Of a stretch of DNA of 64,000 nucleotides, positions 35,098 through 45,903 are shown piece by piece. The position numbers were made by a program, and so were the translations under genes. How positions within the stretch are numbered: the first letter of the stretch is position 1; each line of letters begins with the position of its first letter. Origin of the DNA: Psychrobacter sp. UBA6766 (lineage in GTDB: Bacteria; Pseudomonadota; Gammaproteobacteria; Pseudomonadales; Moraxellaceae); the NCBI RefSeq assembly GCF_002453355.1, contig NZ_DKGQ01000020.1, positions 2,613-66,612 on the forward strand, given 5' to 3'. Below the pieces are notes generated by a model. It ran no database searches. It saw only the letters and a list, made by a program, of their open reading frames with translations, and was not told the origin of the DNA.

Positions 35098-36117
35098 TTA
35101 ATCACAACCAACACTGCTAGCCTCTTTATCAATACACATTTTATCACCATTTTTTAAATTACCAATCCACGCTTTGCCATCTGTAAATACAAATGCAGGT
35201 TGGTTTTTATAATTATCGTTAGCATTCACACTGTCATTTTCAAATCGAAAAGGAATCACCAGCTCGCCACCTAAATTGACAAATCCCCATTCGCTATCGA
35301 TGCGCACGCCCGCCAGCCCTTCTGAGAATGGACGTACCTCATCGAATGAATAGGTAATCATAGAGACGTTATTATCGTCAACAAAACCCCATCTGCCGTC
35401 TTGTTGCCGCGGCTGCAAGGTAGTAAAGCCACGAGACTGTGCTTGCTTCTGCGCATCTTTAGGGCTGCTAACTGATGTAATTTTCGAATTTTGACTATCA
35501 GTATTATTATTTGAATCAGACGTAGGTTTGCCGTTTTTATCTACCCAGCTTACAGCCTTATTTTTACGCACTCGAGCCATGCCGCCACGGAAATCATCAA
35601 TATCATTAATGGCGGCGGCAAATGGTACGACTGTCTTGTTGGCAGTATCGATAACGCCATAATGACCGTTTTGTTTGACCACGATACGACCCTCAGAGAT
35701 GGGACGCGCCCAACCTTGGCTCTCCTTTAGCATATCGTACATCGCAGGAATCACTTCGCGACCCTGCATATTGACATAACCGACACGTCCATTGCGTAGT
35801 ACGGGCAGCAGACCGCCCGATATTTTATCCGCATCTACTTTTTGATAGCGTGATAAATCAACCACGCTTTTACCTTGTTTATTAATCAAAGCAACTGGGG
35901 CGCCAAAATCTTTTATCGCTAAAAAATAGCCACTACTTGCCGTACACGATACATTTTTATAATAACTTTTGGGGATTTTACAGCTGGCTGCTTGTGCGCT
36001 TGGTATCAAAAGCAAACCAACCGTTAAAACGCCTACAACGAAACTGCCGCGCGACCGTTGTGGCGACAATACCAATAATGAATATACCTGTTGTTTTGAT
36101 AAAAAACATTGCAGCAT
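35098..36117 (-). CDS. secreted WG-repeat (KWG-type) protein
   Basis: It has a signal peptide (..LLLIPSAQA). It contains repeated modules of the form G-(R/K)-x-G-(Y/F)-(V/I)-(D/N)-x-x-G (GRVGYVNMQG, GHYGVIDTAN, GRWGFVDDNN, EWGFVNLGG). Confidence 0.6.
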   Translation of the reverse strand: MLQCFLSKQQVYSLLVLSPQRSRGSFVVGVLTVGLLLIPSAQAASCKIPKSYYKNVSCTASSGYFLAIKDFGAPVALINKQGKSVVDLSRYQKVDADKISGGLLPVLRNGRVGYVNMQGREVIPAMYDMLKESQGWARPISEGRIVVKQNGHYGVIDTANKTVVPFAAAINDIDDFRGGMARVRKNKAVSWVDKNGKPTSDSNNNTDSQNSKITSVSSPKDAQKQAQSRGFTTLQPRQQDGRWGFVDDNNVSMITYSFDEVRPFSEGLAGVRIDSEWGFVNLGGELVIPFRFENDSVNANDNYKNQPAFVFTDGKAWIGNLKNGDKMCIDKEASSVGCD

Positions 36118-36593
36118 AAGTAAACCTAGAATAAAAAGTCATACAAGCTATTTAAGTATTTGAAAAAATTGCCATTTTAAAAGTTTCAGCAATTCGAGAT
36201 AACTATGAATGAAGAGTAACAAATGACCACGTTCGCGCCAATGGCATTCTTGTAAGAAGCTGACTGGTTTATTCAGTCATAGTGCGCAATAGGTCATTAT
36301 AAAATAAATAATGCCAAACCATTCCAATTTAAGCACAAAACACTGACAATATGATTTGTTTAAGTGATTTCTTTAGGGCGTGTCTTCGTTTTAAAAATGG
36401 TGATAAAAATGAGATAAATTGCCGTCAAACCAGGAAAATAGCGCAGATAATATCGAGCTATCTGGCACCGTTTGGCAAGATTTAGCCATTTTTAACCCAT
36501 TTAGATGACTATCGGTTGAATTGAGGAAACGCCCTAGCAAACAACGATGCAACACATTAAAAAAGTATCATAGTAATAAGATAAGGATCTTGC

Positions 36594-37526
36594 ATGGCTA
36601 CTGCCTCTTCACGCTCCGCCGCTACTGGCTTAGTCATTGGTTGTGTTATTTTTGGTCTGGGCAGTTTGATTGTCGCTCATGTCGATATCGGTGGCTGGGC
36701 GATGTCCTTTTGGCGGCTGGCTATTTCAGGCGGGGTGTTTGCGATATTGGCTAAAGTCACAGGACAACGACTGCCGCACTCAAAGCGTGCTATTTTTTAT
36801 GGTTTATTATCAGGTGCATTTTTAGGATTAGATTTGGCACTGTGGCATGAGAGTATTTATGCAGTTGGTCCTGGTATTTCAACCTTACTCAACAGCTTGC
36901 AGATTTTCTTTTTAGCGGCCATTGGTTTTTTATATTTTAATGAGCGTCAATCTATCTTGCAGCTGATCAGTTTATTTTTAGCCATGTTAGGTGTGGCGAT
37001 GATAGGCAGTCCTGAGTTTGCGCAAAATACTGCTGCGACTTGGGGGTTTGTTACTGGCATCGTCTCAGGTGCTATGCTTGCTGCGTCGATGACCTTTATT
37101 CGTAAAACCCATGATACTGAGCCGACACCGATATTTGTACTCATGCAATTGGTGAGCATCGGCGGCGTAATAGCGATGGTTCTCCCGATGTTGGTGCTTG
37201 ATATGGGTAATATTTTGCCCAATACGTGGTCTGAGATCGGTTGGATATTGATTTACGGTACAGTGATGCAATGCTTGGCATGGGGTCTTATCGCCTACTC
37301 TATTCCGAAGCTGTCTTTGGCATTGACTGGACTGTTACTATTAACCGAGCCTATTGCAGCCTTAGTCATTGACTATAGCTGGCTTGACAAACCAATTAAT
37401 ACTCTGCAATGGAGCGGCGCTCTGCTGACCATGTTTGCCATTTATTTGGGTTCACTAAAACCCAAACCACGCGCACTACGCCGTTATCGTTTTTTTGCTA
37501 GGTTTTATAAACGACACTATAAATAA
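36594..37526 (+). CDS. EamA/DMT-family permease
   Basis: It is a 10-TM profile protein with two EamA-like halves. Confidence 0.7.
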   Translation: MATASSRSAATGLVIGCVIFGLGSLIVAHVDIGGWAMSFWRLAISGGVFAILAKVTGQRLPHSKRAIFYGLLSGAFLGLDLALWHESIYAVGPGISTLLNSLQIFFLAAIGFLYFNERQSILQLISLFLAMLGVAMIGSPEFAQNTAATWGFVTGIVSGAMLAASMTFIRKTHDTEPTPIFVLMQLVSIGGVIAMVLPMLVLDMGNILPNTWSEIGWILIYGTVMQCLAWGLIAYSIPKLSLALTGLLLLTEPIAALVIDYSWLDKPINTLQWSGALLTMFAIYLGSLKPKPRALRRYRFFARFYKRHYK

Positions 37527-37609
37527 ACCCATAATAAACAAAAGCCACGATAATTATTGTGGCTTTTGCTTATCGCTGTATTAAGTTCTTTAATTGTATG
37601 ATTAAAAAA

Positions 37610-39037
37610 TCAATCTTTTTGGCGATTAAATAAGGCATTAAGCACAATCGCAGTTAAAGTAGCCGTGCCAATTCCGCCCAAATCAAAGCCGCCCAGGTGT
37701 AAGCTAAAATTACCCGTCCCCATAATCACTGTGACCGCCGCAATGATTAAATTGCTGTTTTTACTAAAATCGATATGACTGTCAATCCAAATCTTAGCGC
37801 CAGCAATCGCAATCAAACCGAACACGACAATGGATGCGCCGCCTAATAAAGCAGGTGGTATCGTCTGAATAATAGCCCCAAATTTTGGTGACAATCCCAG
37901 CAAGATAGCCACAAAACCTGCTATTACAAAAATCGTCGTGCTATAAACCTTGGTCACTGCCATGACACCGATGTTTTCTGCATAAGTGGTAACGCCTGTG
38001 CCGCCAAATCCTGCTGAGAAAGTCGTTGCCAAACCATCAGCAAAAAAGGCTCGTCCCATATAAGGCGTCACGCGAGATTTTGTCATACCTTCCACTGCTT
38101 TAAAATGTCCTAAGTTTTCGGCAATTAAAATAAAGGCGACAGGCACAATTAATATAATCGCACTCATCTCGAAATGCGGCGTATGAATACTTGGCAGTCC
38201 AAACCATGAGGCCGCCGACACATTACTAAAATCAATCGGAACACCATAACCCATTAGATTGGTCATGACAAAATAAGCGATATAAGACAAAATCAAACCA
38301 ACAAGCAATAACAGTCGGCGTAGCATACCGCGGGTAAATACCGCTACACCACTGATAAGCAGTACCGTTAATGTAGCCATCCATGCGTCAAACTGGTTGG
38401 CGGATACCCCTCGAATGGTGACTGGCGCTAAATTAAGACCAATAATCATCACAATCGCCCCGGTGACGATGGGTGGTATTAAGCGCTCAATCCAACCTGT
38501 GCCTGTCTTCATCACCAACAAGCCTACCAAAGCATAAATGATACCGCATGCCATGATACCGCCTAAAGCGACATTCAAATTATCATTAAACCCAACGCCA
38601 GCATAAGCAGTAACCGCAATGACAGGACCGATAAAGGCAAAACTCGAACCCAAATAACTGGGCATGCGCCCGCCAGTAATGATAAAAAACATGACCGTAC
38701 AAATACCGGACATTAAAATAGCTAAATTGGGGTCGAATCCCATTAATAATGGCGCAAGCACTGTCGACCCAAACATGGCAAAAGTATGCTGAACACCTAA
38801 TAAAACACTCTTAGCAGGCGGTACGTATTCGTTAATCCCCACCGGATCACGATCCAAATTTCCGCTATACGGACGCCACGTTGGAAACCAACGACCATTA
38901 TCAAAGTCTGGATTGTGCGGATAGCTGATCGCAGCCGAATCAATACCAGCTGCTTCTAGTGCATTATGAGGAGCTGTATGATTATTTTCCGGTTTTGAAG
39001 AATGAGATTTTGAAGAGTGAGATTCAGGAGATGTCAT
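37610..39037 (-). CDS. NCS2-family nucleobase:cation symporter (uracil/xanthine permease type)
   Basis: LLGVQHTFAMFGSTVLAPLLMG, ...GTGVTTYAENIGVMAVTKV... are typical NCS2 signatures. It has a hydrophilic N-terminal extension with the tandem SHSSK SHSSK. Confidence 0.8.
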   Translation of the reverse strand: MTSPESHSSKSHSSKPENNHTAPHNALEAAGIDSAAISYPHNPDFDNGRWFPTWRPYSGNLDRDPVGINEYVPPAKSVLLGVQHTFAMFGSTVLAPLLMGFDPNLAILMSGICTVMFFIITGGRMPSYLGSSFAFIGPVIAVTAYAGVGFNDNLNVALGGIMACGIIYALVGLLVMKTGTGWIERLIPPIVTGAIVMIIGLNLAPVTIRGVSANQFDAWMATLTVLLISGVAVFTRGMLRRLLLLVGLILSYIAYFVMTNLMGYGVPIDFSNVSAASWFGLPSIHTPHFEMSAIILIVPVAFILIAENLGHFKAVEGMTKSRVTPYMGRAFFADGLATTFSAGFGGTGVTTYAENIGVMAVTKVYSTTIFVIAGFVAILLGLSPKFGAIIQTIPPALLGGASIVVFGLIAIAGAKIWIDSHIDFSKNSNLIIAAVTVIMGTGNFSLHLGGFDLGGIGTATLTAIVLNALFNRQKD

Positions 39038-39597
39038 GCGCTGTCCTATTTAAGCTAAGAGAGTACTAGCCAGCTAAAAATTGTGAGAAATACAACTATG
39101 CATTGAGTCAAAACGATAACAGATAAATACTACTAACCATTAAAAACAATAGAGGAGAACATAGATGGCAGCAGAAAAAAATATTTTCTTCGACCAAATA
39201 TAGGTCATCAGATAAGCCGTATTAAAAACGACAGACGACTGCCTTCGCCATTACTTACGCTAAAATAATGACTAACTTACAGGATGTTACACAGGTATTG
39301 GTTGCGAGCATGATAACGGAGTTTTCTAATAAATAAAAGTTATTATTCAGCCGCCTCCTGTACGCCTATACTGAGAGGCATTTATAGATAATGTCCGAGA
39401 TTCTTTATTTAAGCGCCGACCCCGTTTATCTATACAAACGTGAAAGCGCGATAAACGTGAAAGCGAGTATTTAAAGAGTGATTGCGCAGCAGTTATGAGT
39501 GCTTATTTAGGGCAGCTATCTATTATATCTTTAATATTAGTACTAAAGCCTATCTATAACAGAGGCTGATGCACTGACGATTTCTTGGTAATTGATT

Positions 39598-41031
39598 ATG
39601 ATTAGTGTTTTCGACTTATTTAAAATTGGTATTGGACCATCAAGCTCTCACACCGTTGGACCTATGGTGGCGGCCAACTTATTTTTGACGTCATTGCTTA
39701 AACAAACTGCATTAACGTCGATTAAGAGTATTGAAATAGAGCTTTATGGCTCTTTAGCGGCCACAGGTAAAGGGCACGCAACCGATACTGCAATATATTT
39801 AGGCTTGCTTGGACATACACCAAGCACCATTGACACACGCTTAACTAACGAATATCTAGCGCCTATTTTTGCTGATAAGCAGCTTAACCTATCTGGCAAA
39901 CACGTGATCGAATTTGACACCGAGCGCGATATGTATTGGTACGATGATACGGTACTGCCTTATCATCCTAACGCCTTAACCATCCGTGCGATTTTGACTG
40001 ATGACAGTAAATTCCAACAAACTTATTATTCAGTCGGTGGTGGTTTTGTTATTAATGAAGACGACGCCAATAATCCTGATGAGGATCACGCCAGCCCAAC
40101 GATCGACATCGTTCCCTACCCCTTCAATAGCGCTGCAGAATTGCTTGAGCAGTGTGATAAGCATGGATTGAGTATTAGCGAGTTGGTCCTTGCTAACGAA
40201 TGCCATTACCGCAACCAAGCAGATGTCTTTAGCTACTTAGATACTATTTGGGAAGTGATGCAAGACTGTGTCATTCAGGGCTGCAAAAACAGCGGTATTT
40301 TGCCAGGCGGGCTTGATGTCAAACGCCGCGCTCAAGACCTACATATGCAACTACGCGCTGAAAAAGATACGTCTATTACCAAAACCGATAAATTGGCAGC
40401 CATGGACTGGGTCGATTTGTATGCGCTTGCCGTTAACGAAGAAAATGCCAATGGCGGTAAAGTGGTTACGGCGCCGACCAATGGTGCCGCGGGCATTATT
40501 CCTGCCGTTCTGCATTATTATCGTGATTTCTTGCCCAATTATAACCAAGACGGCGTTCGTAAGTTTTTATTAAATGCCACTGCCATCGGTAGCTTAATTA
40601 AACAAAATGCCTCTATCTCTGGAGCGGAAGTTGGCTGCCAAGGTGAAGTAGGTTCAGCCTGTGCCATGGCAGGTTCGGCATTGGCAGAAATTATGAGCGG
40701 CTCGCCCGCCCAATGTTTAAATGCAGCGGAGATTGGTATTGAGCACAATTTAGGTCTGACTTGTGACCCTATTGGCGGTTTGGTGCAAGTCCCTTGTATT
40801 GAACGCAACGCGATGGGCGCGGTAAAAGCCATTAACGCCGCTCGTCTTGCTTGTCGCGGCAATGGTCAGCATTTTGTTTCACTCGATAAAGCGATTGAAA
40901 CCATGAAACAAACGGGCGCCGATATGTCTGATAAATATAAAGAAACTGCGCGCGGTGGTCTTGCTATTTATGCTGATAACCGAATTCCTACTGCTACCCG
41001 CGGCGTTAGTGTGAATTACAGTCAATGTTAA
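39598..41031 (+). CDS. sdaA: L-serine ammonia-lyase (Fe-S dependent)
   Basis: [23 protein letters not shown] matches the SdaA N-terminus, so the ATG at 39598 is preferred over the TTG at 39592. The Cys ligand region [17 protein letters not shown] is present. Confidence 0.93.
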   Translation: MISVFDLFKIGIGPSSSHTVGPMVAANLFLTSLLKQTALTSIKSIEIELYGSLAATGKGHATDTAIYLGLLGHTPSTIDTRLTNEYLAPIFADKQLNLSGKHVIEFDTERDMYWYDDTVLPYHPNALTIRAILTDDSKFQQTYYSVGGGFVINEDDANNPDEDHASPTIDIVPYPFNSAAELLEQCDKHGLSISELVLANECHYRNQADVFSYLDTIWEVMQDCVIQGCKNSGILPGGLDVKRRAQDLHMQLRAEKDTSITKTDKLAAMDWVDLYALAVNEENANGGKVVTAPTNGAAGIIPAVLHYYRDFLPNYNQDGVRKFLLNATAIGSLIKQNASISGAEVGCQGEVGSACAMAGSALAEIMSGSPAQCLNAAEIGIEHNLGLTCDPIGGLVQVPCIERNAMGAVKAINAARLACRGNGQHFVSLDKAIETMKQTGADMSDKYKETARGGLAIYADNRIPTATRGVSVNYSQC

Positions 41032-41061
41032 TATAAAACACATTTCTCTTTTTTCAAAACT

Positions 41062-41093
41062 AAAAAAAGCCTCTAATGACTAGAGGCTTTTTT
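41062..41093. terminator. bidirectional rho-independent terminator (sdaA / lipoprotein gene)
   Basis: A7 GCCTCTA-ATGAC-TAGAGGC T6. Confidence 0.85.
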
Positions 41094-41160
41094 ATAATAA
41101 AATTCTCGTTAAATGCTATTCATAGCTGCTAACCATCATAGCTGCTAACAGTATCTAAAA

Positions 41161-41559
41161 TTATTCAGCAGTTTTTGAGATTACTTCGTTTAGAATCCAA
41201 ACGGGTTTAACCACTTTTGTCGCTTCGTTCATAACTGCTTCTTGGCGCACATCTAGAACATAACGATAATTTGGCTCATAAGTAAAACCTTGGATATTGC
41301 CGTTTAAAGGCGTGTAGTTTTTCTGATAAGTCTGACGGTACTGAAGGCACTCTGACTCAACCATATTGCCACTAGCGGTTGGCAATTCACAGACTGCTTT
41401 GAGAGGTGCTATTTCAATTTTGAAACTTGGAATATTAACCACTTTCACATTCATAGGTTCGCCTTCAACGACCATGGTGCGCTCGTCGTTCATTCCCATG
41501 GTAGAGCAACCTGATAGAACAAAAGTGGTCATCAATGCAGCAATTGCTAATTTTTTCAT
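41161..41559 (-). CDS. small lipoprotein, DUF4377-like
   Basis: It has the lipobox LSGC (MKKLAIAALMTTFVLSGC). The C-terminal pattern C...ECLQYR...IQGFTYEPNYRYVLDV resembles the DUF4377 motif as I recall it. Confidence 0.5.
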   Translation of the reverse strand: MKKLAIAALMTTFVLSGCSTMGMNDERTMVVEGEPMNVKVVNIPSFKIEIAPLKAVCELPTASGNMVESECLQYRQTYQKNYTPLNGNIQGFTYEPNYRYVLDVRQEAVMNEATKVVKPVWILNEVISKTAE

Positions 41560-41944
41560 TATTAAATCCTCAGTTTATTAGTATTAGTCATTACCCTTTA
41601 AACTCATTTTAATCAATTATCACTATTCAAAAGGTAGCAAGCAGTTATGAAGATACTGTTAACTTCAAGCCAATTATAAAATCGAAACGAATAAAAATAA
41701 GATTTAAATAAAATCGCTGAAATATAAATAGTACCGTCTATTGTTTACTGCAATCAGTATAGTTTGCACGGCTGCCTAGCCTCTATAACTGCTTTGTAAA
41801 GTAACGTCAGCTTTTGCAAACGATGTTAATAAACGGTTTAAATTCGACCATATTGAATAAAGCCGTTTTGAGAATAAAAAAACACTCAAAACTATACATA
41901 ACAATGCTAGCTTTGAGCGTCTTTATAAAAACGATTAACAATTT

Positions 41945-43171
41945 TTAGCTGCGATAATCTGCATTTATCTTGACGTAATCGTAAGATAAGTCGCAGGTAT
42001 AAACGGTATCTTGAGCATCACCGCGTGCCAGATCGATATGAATGGTAATCTCAGGACGGCTCATGACTTCTTTACCTGCCGCTTCCGTATAACTCGGAGC
42101 CACGCCGCCACTTTGGCAAATCATCACCTCATCTAAGTAGACATCGACTTGCTCGGTATCAAGGTCATCGATACCAGCGTAACCAACCGCTGCTAAGATA
42201 CGACCCCAGTTGGCATCACTAGCAAAAAAAGCGGTTTTGACCAAGGGCGAATGCGCAACAGCATACGCCACATCACAGCATTCTTGCGTGTTTTTGCCGC
42301 CTGTGACTTTGATCGTCATAAACTTGGTGGCGCCTTCCCCATCTCGCACGATCAACTGCGCCAAACGTACAAATACCGCTGTCAAAGCCTCAAATATCGG
42401 CTGATAATGCGGATGCTCTGGGCTATCAATAACCTCTGGGCTCGCCGTTCCCGTGGCAATCAGTACGCAGCAATCGTTGGTTGAGGTATCTCCATCAACG
42501 GTAATGCGGTTAAAGGATTGCTCATTAATTCTACTTAGCATTTCTTGTAATAAATCAGCAGCGATATTGGCGTCGGTTGCTACATAGCCAAGCATGGTCG
42601 CCATATTAGGACGTATCATGCCCGAGCCTTTTGACATACCAGTAATGTGATAGCTGCCAGCATCGACATCGATCTTTTCACTAGCAAGCTTTGGAATCGT
42701 ATCAGTCGTACGAATTCCGTTTGCTGCTGCCAGCCAATTATCAGCGGCTAAATTGGCTAGCGCTTTGTCTAAACCTGCAATGACAGCATCACTGTTTAAC
42801 GGCTCACCTATCACGCCCGTCGAAAATGGCAAGACAGCATTGGTGTCCACACCAGCTTTGGCGGCTAAGGCGGCACAGATATCAACCGCGCGGCGTTTAC
42901 CATCGACGCCTGTTCCGGCATTGGCGTTACCTGTATTGGTGATTAAATAACGCGGACGGGCTTTAGCAAAGTGTTCCCGCAAGACTCGTACAGGCGCGGC
43001 ACAAAAAGTATTTTTTGTGGTCACAACCGCAGTCGTTGCGCGATCAGCAATTTCTATCACCACCAAGTCATCGCGGTCTTTATAACGTACGCCTGCAGCG
43101 GTAGCGCTTAGCTTAATTCCATCAATTGGATAAATCGTCTTAGGTACTGCAATGTTGCCGACGGCCATCAT
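41945..43171 (-). CDS. argJ: bifunctional glutamate N-acetyltransferase / amino-acid acetyltransferase
   Basis: It has the autoprocessing site PNMATMLGYVATDA, DGDTSTNDC and an ArgJ-type C-terminus. Confidence 0.93.
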   Translation of the reverse strand: MMAVGNIAVPKTIYPIDGIKLSATAAGVRYKDRDDLVVIEIADRATTAVVTTKNTFCAAPVRVLREHFAKARPRYLITNTGNANAGTGVDGKRRAVDICAALAAKAGVDTNAVLPFSTGVIGEPLNSDAVIAGLDKALANLAADNWLAAANGIRTTDTIPKLASEKIDVDAGSYHITGMSKGSGMIRPNMATMLGYVATDANIAADLLQEMLSRINEQSFNRITVDGDTSTNDCCVLIATGTASPEVIDSPEHPHYQPIFEALTAVFVRLAQLIVRDGEGATKFMTIKVTGGKNTQECCDVAYAVAHSPLVKTAFFASDANWGRILAAVGYAGIDDLDTEQVDVYLDEVMICQSGGVAPSYTEAAGKEVMSRPEITIHIDLARGDAQDTVYTCDLSYDYVKINADYRS

Positions 43172-43334
43172 TCAATCCTTATTCATCAATGCTGATGCAT
43201 TATTTATTGGTTATAAATTGTCTTGATAAAATCATTGTCTTTACAGAAACTGTGTTATTCATTTTTGGTTGTTAAAAGCTTATTAAAAACTGGGGCAGAA
43301 AAACTGCTGTTAAAGGTCTATTGTTTAAAGCAAA

Positions 43335-44162
43335 CTATGATACTTTGTTCAAATCAAACGCGGCCCAGATTGGAGCATGGTCAGACGGTTTTTCCATGCC
43401 GCGCAGTTCATAACTAATGCCTGCATCGACGCAATGATCTATCAAGTCTGTAGTGCATAAAATGTGATCAATACGCAGCCCGCGCTTAGGATCATCGTTA
43501 AAGCCCCGACTGCGATAATCAAACCAGCTATATAATTCGGTGCTGTCTGGATAATGCAGACGATAGGTATCGGTTAGCTCACGCGCCATCAAATCGCTAT
43601 ACCATTCACGCTCTTCAGGTAAAAACGAGGTTTTTCCATTTTTGAGCCAGCGCTTCGCATTGGCCTCACCGATACCAATATCGATATCTTCTGGCGCAAT
43701 ATTCATATCACCCATAATAACCAGCGAGCGCCCTTCTGCTTTTAAAGTATCGATATACGCTATCAAATCCGCATAATAGGCACGCTTCATAGGAAATTTG
43801 ATTGGGTGCTCTTGGCTCTCTCCTTGTGGAAAATAGCCGTTAAGCACATCCACTTCCCTTCCATCAAACACATAGCGCGCATGAATAAAGCGCTTTTGTG
43901 ACTCTTCATCTTCACCCGGAAAGCCTTTTTGCACAAAAATAGGCGCGACTTTAGATAATAAAGCGACACCGTAATGCGCTTTTTGACCAAAGTATTCGAC
44001 GTGATAGCCCAAGCTTTCCACATTTTCGAGGGGAAACTGTTCATCATGCACCTTAGTTTCTTGCAATCCGATCACATCAGGATCGATTACCTCTCGCACC
44101 GCTTCTAACTGATGTTGGCGAGCGCGGATACCATTGATATTAAAACTGACAAAACGGGTCAT
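43335..44162 (-). CDS. xthA: exodeoxyribonuclease III
   Basis: It starts with FNINGIRAR, has GLQETK and GDMNIAP, and ends with SDHAPIW. Confidence 0.92.
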   Translation of the reverse strand: MTRFVSFNINGIRARQHQLEAVREVIDPDVIGLQETKVHDEQFPLENVESLGYHVEYFGQKAHYGVALLSKVAPIFVQKGFPGEDEESQKRFIHARYVFDGREVDVLNGYFPQGESQEHPIKFPMKRAYYADLIAYIDTLKAEGRSLVIMGDMNIAPEDIDIGIGEANAKRWLKNGKTSFLPEEREWYSDLMARELTDTYRLHYPDSTELYSWFDYRSRGFNDDPKRGLRIDHILCTTDLIDHCVDAGISYELRGMEKPSDHAPIWAAFDLNKVS

Positions 44163-44379
44163 AAATTATCCTATACTGATGAATAAAAGCAAAGCGCTGC
44201 TAAATAAAAATACAAAAATCGGCGTTGTATAAAGGACGATGATAACAGACATCGACAAGGCTATCTGTTGCGCGCCCTTATTTCTTACGATAGAGTAGCG
44301 GTTATGAGCGATAACCTATGCATTATTACTTTCTATTTTTTATATATTAACTTTTAAACGCTATCGATGAAGCAAACTT

Positions 44380-44991
44380 ATGACAATAACTACGAAAAAA
44401 GTGACAACAACGATGAATAACAATACTGATATCAAATCCAGTGGCGCCACTTCACCGCTATTTGCCACCAATTATAACGTGTATATCAACCATACTGACG
44501 CAGGTGGTATAGTTTATCATGCCAATCATTTAGTCTTCTTTGAAAACTGCCGCCGTGACTGGTTTACAAAACTTGATTTAAATGGGTATTTTTTACAAAC
44601 CGATGACGGTGAGATTCAGCATTTTGTTGTCAGTCAAGCAGACCTGCAATACAAAAAAGCCATTCTTTTAGATGAAGTGATCAACGTACGTATCGATAAG
44701 GTTGAGCTAAAACCTGCCAGCATTGTATTTTATCAAAGTATCCATCGTAGCACGCCAAATTCAGATAATAATGACAACCCTAAGGCGAGTTCTGCTCCTT
44801 TAAACAGTACTTTATTAAGCAGCACTAAAATTGTCATCGCTTGTGTGCAAAATCAGATCAAGCCGGAGCCTACACCTGCTGAGGACTCTGATGCGACTGT
44901 TAATCGCAATGCGCCCATGCGTCCTATTCGTGTACCGCAAAAGTTACGTGACACCATCCAGAGAGCGATAACACAACACGCTGATGAATAA
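44380..44991 (+). CDS. 4HBT/YbgC-type acyl-CoA thioesterase with low-complexity insert and C-terminal tail
   Basis: It has the hotdog-fold N-terminal motif INHTDAGGIVYHANHLVFFENCRRDWF. The start codon is uncertain (an alternative ATG exists at codon 12). Confidence 0.65.
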   Translation: MTITTKKVTTTMNNNTDIKSSGATSPLFATNYNVYINHTDAGGIVYHANHLVFFENCRRDWFTKLDLNGYFLQTDDGEIQHFVVSQADLQYKKAILLDEVINVRIDKVELKPASIVFYQSIHRSTPNSDNNDNPKASSAPLNSTLLSSTKIVIACVQNQIKPEPTPAEDSDATVNRNAPMRPIRVPQKLRDTIQRAITQHADE

Positions 44992-45067
44992 AATGATTGG
45001 TTGACTATCGTTCGACTAGGCCAGGTCCTTATTTTAAAAATGGTGATAAGGCCATAAGAAGACTGTT

Positions 45068-45877
45068 ATGCTCGCATTTGAAGATATTTGGCTACATAGC
45101 AAGCACGCTACGCTAGCAAATCCTAATCGTGAAAGTCTTTTATATCGAATCTCTACTCGGTTTCCTACGTACCGAAAACAGCGCACAAAAATACAGAAAT
45201 ACTCAGCGGCCGATGATGCTTTACCTATTAATAAACGCGCCTTGATAAGTGGTATCAGTGGTGAACTACGGGCTGGGCAAGTCACGGTTTTGACAGGGGC
45301 TTCTGGTAGCGGAAAGTCCGTTTTATTGCGCGCATTAGCAGGGCTATCGCCCATCACTACAGGCAATATTTGGCTACAAAGCAGTGAGCAAAATAGTCAT
45401 GCTTGCTCTAGCATTCATCACATACCATCCACGCACTGGCGCTCGCAGGTTGCCTTGCTCGCTCAGCAGCCACAATTATTAGAAGGCAGTGTTCTTGATA
45501 ACTTGCAACAGCCTTATCGTTTGGCCGCCCATCAGCAAAAGCAGTTTGATATTAATTGGCATATTGAGCAGCTTGAGTATTTAGAGCGCTCATCTGGCTT
45601 TTTACAACAAGACGCTCATACTCTCTCGGGCGGCGAAAGACAACTGGTCAATACACTGCGTTTATTACAATTGAACCCCCAAGTCTTATTGTTGGATGAA
45701 CCGACCGCAGCCTTAGATGTCGATACCTCAACGAAGCTTGTGCAGTTGCTGATTAATTGGTTACGTTGTGAGTCAAAGCGGACAGTATTATGGGTGACTC
45801 ACGACACAAAAGACATTATGCCGTTAGCGGATAAACATTGGCATATGCAAGCTGGCGTCTTAATCAAAGTAGATTAA
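45068..45877 (+). CDS. ABC transporter ATP-binding protein, FetA/YbbL-like
   Basis: It has Walker A GASGSGKS, signature LSGGERQ and Walker B LLLDEPTAALD. It is paired with a UPF0014/YbbM-type permease. Confidence 0.75.
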   Translation: MLAFEDIWLHSKHATLANPNRESLLYRISTRFPTYRKQRTKIQKYSAADDALPINKRALISGISGELRAGQVTVLTGASGSGKSVLLRALAGLSPITTGNIWLQSSEQNSHACSSIHHIPSTHWRSQVALLAQQPQLLEGSVLDNLQQPYRLAAHQQKQFDINWHIEQLEYLERSSGFLQQDAHTLSGGERQLVNTLRLLQLNPQVLLLDEPTAALDVDTSTKLVQLLINWLRCESKRTVLWVTHDTKDIMPLADKHWHMQAGVLIKVD

Positions 45878-45903
45878 CTTTGCCTTTATAACGAGCTAAC
45901 GTA

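Noticed and set aside
36521-36754. 77-aa plus-strand ORF overlapping the EamA permease start in another frame.
   Set aside because: The 310-aa permease frame has a coherent 10-TM profile. The 77-aa frame is Arg/Cys/Trp-rich and implausible.
39165-39203. 12-codon mini-ORF (MAAEKNIFFDQI*) with a strong GAGGAGAA Shine-Dalgarno in the permease/sdaA intergenic region, considered as a leader peptide.
   Set aside because: It is too short to distinguish from chance. It has no run of regulatory codons, no adjacent attenuator hairpin, and lies about 390 bp from sdaA. It is worth a look only if Ribo-seq data exist.
45034-45366. 110-aa minus-strand ORF overlapping the 5-prime part of the FetA-like ABC ATPase gene.
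   Set aside because: It lies antisense to a gene with Walker A/B and signature motifs and has no independent support.
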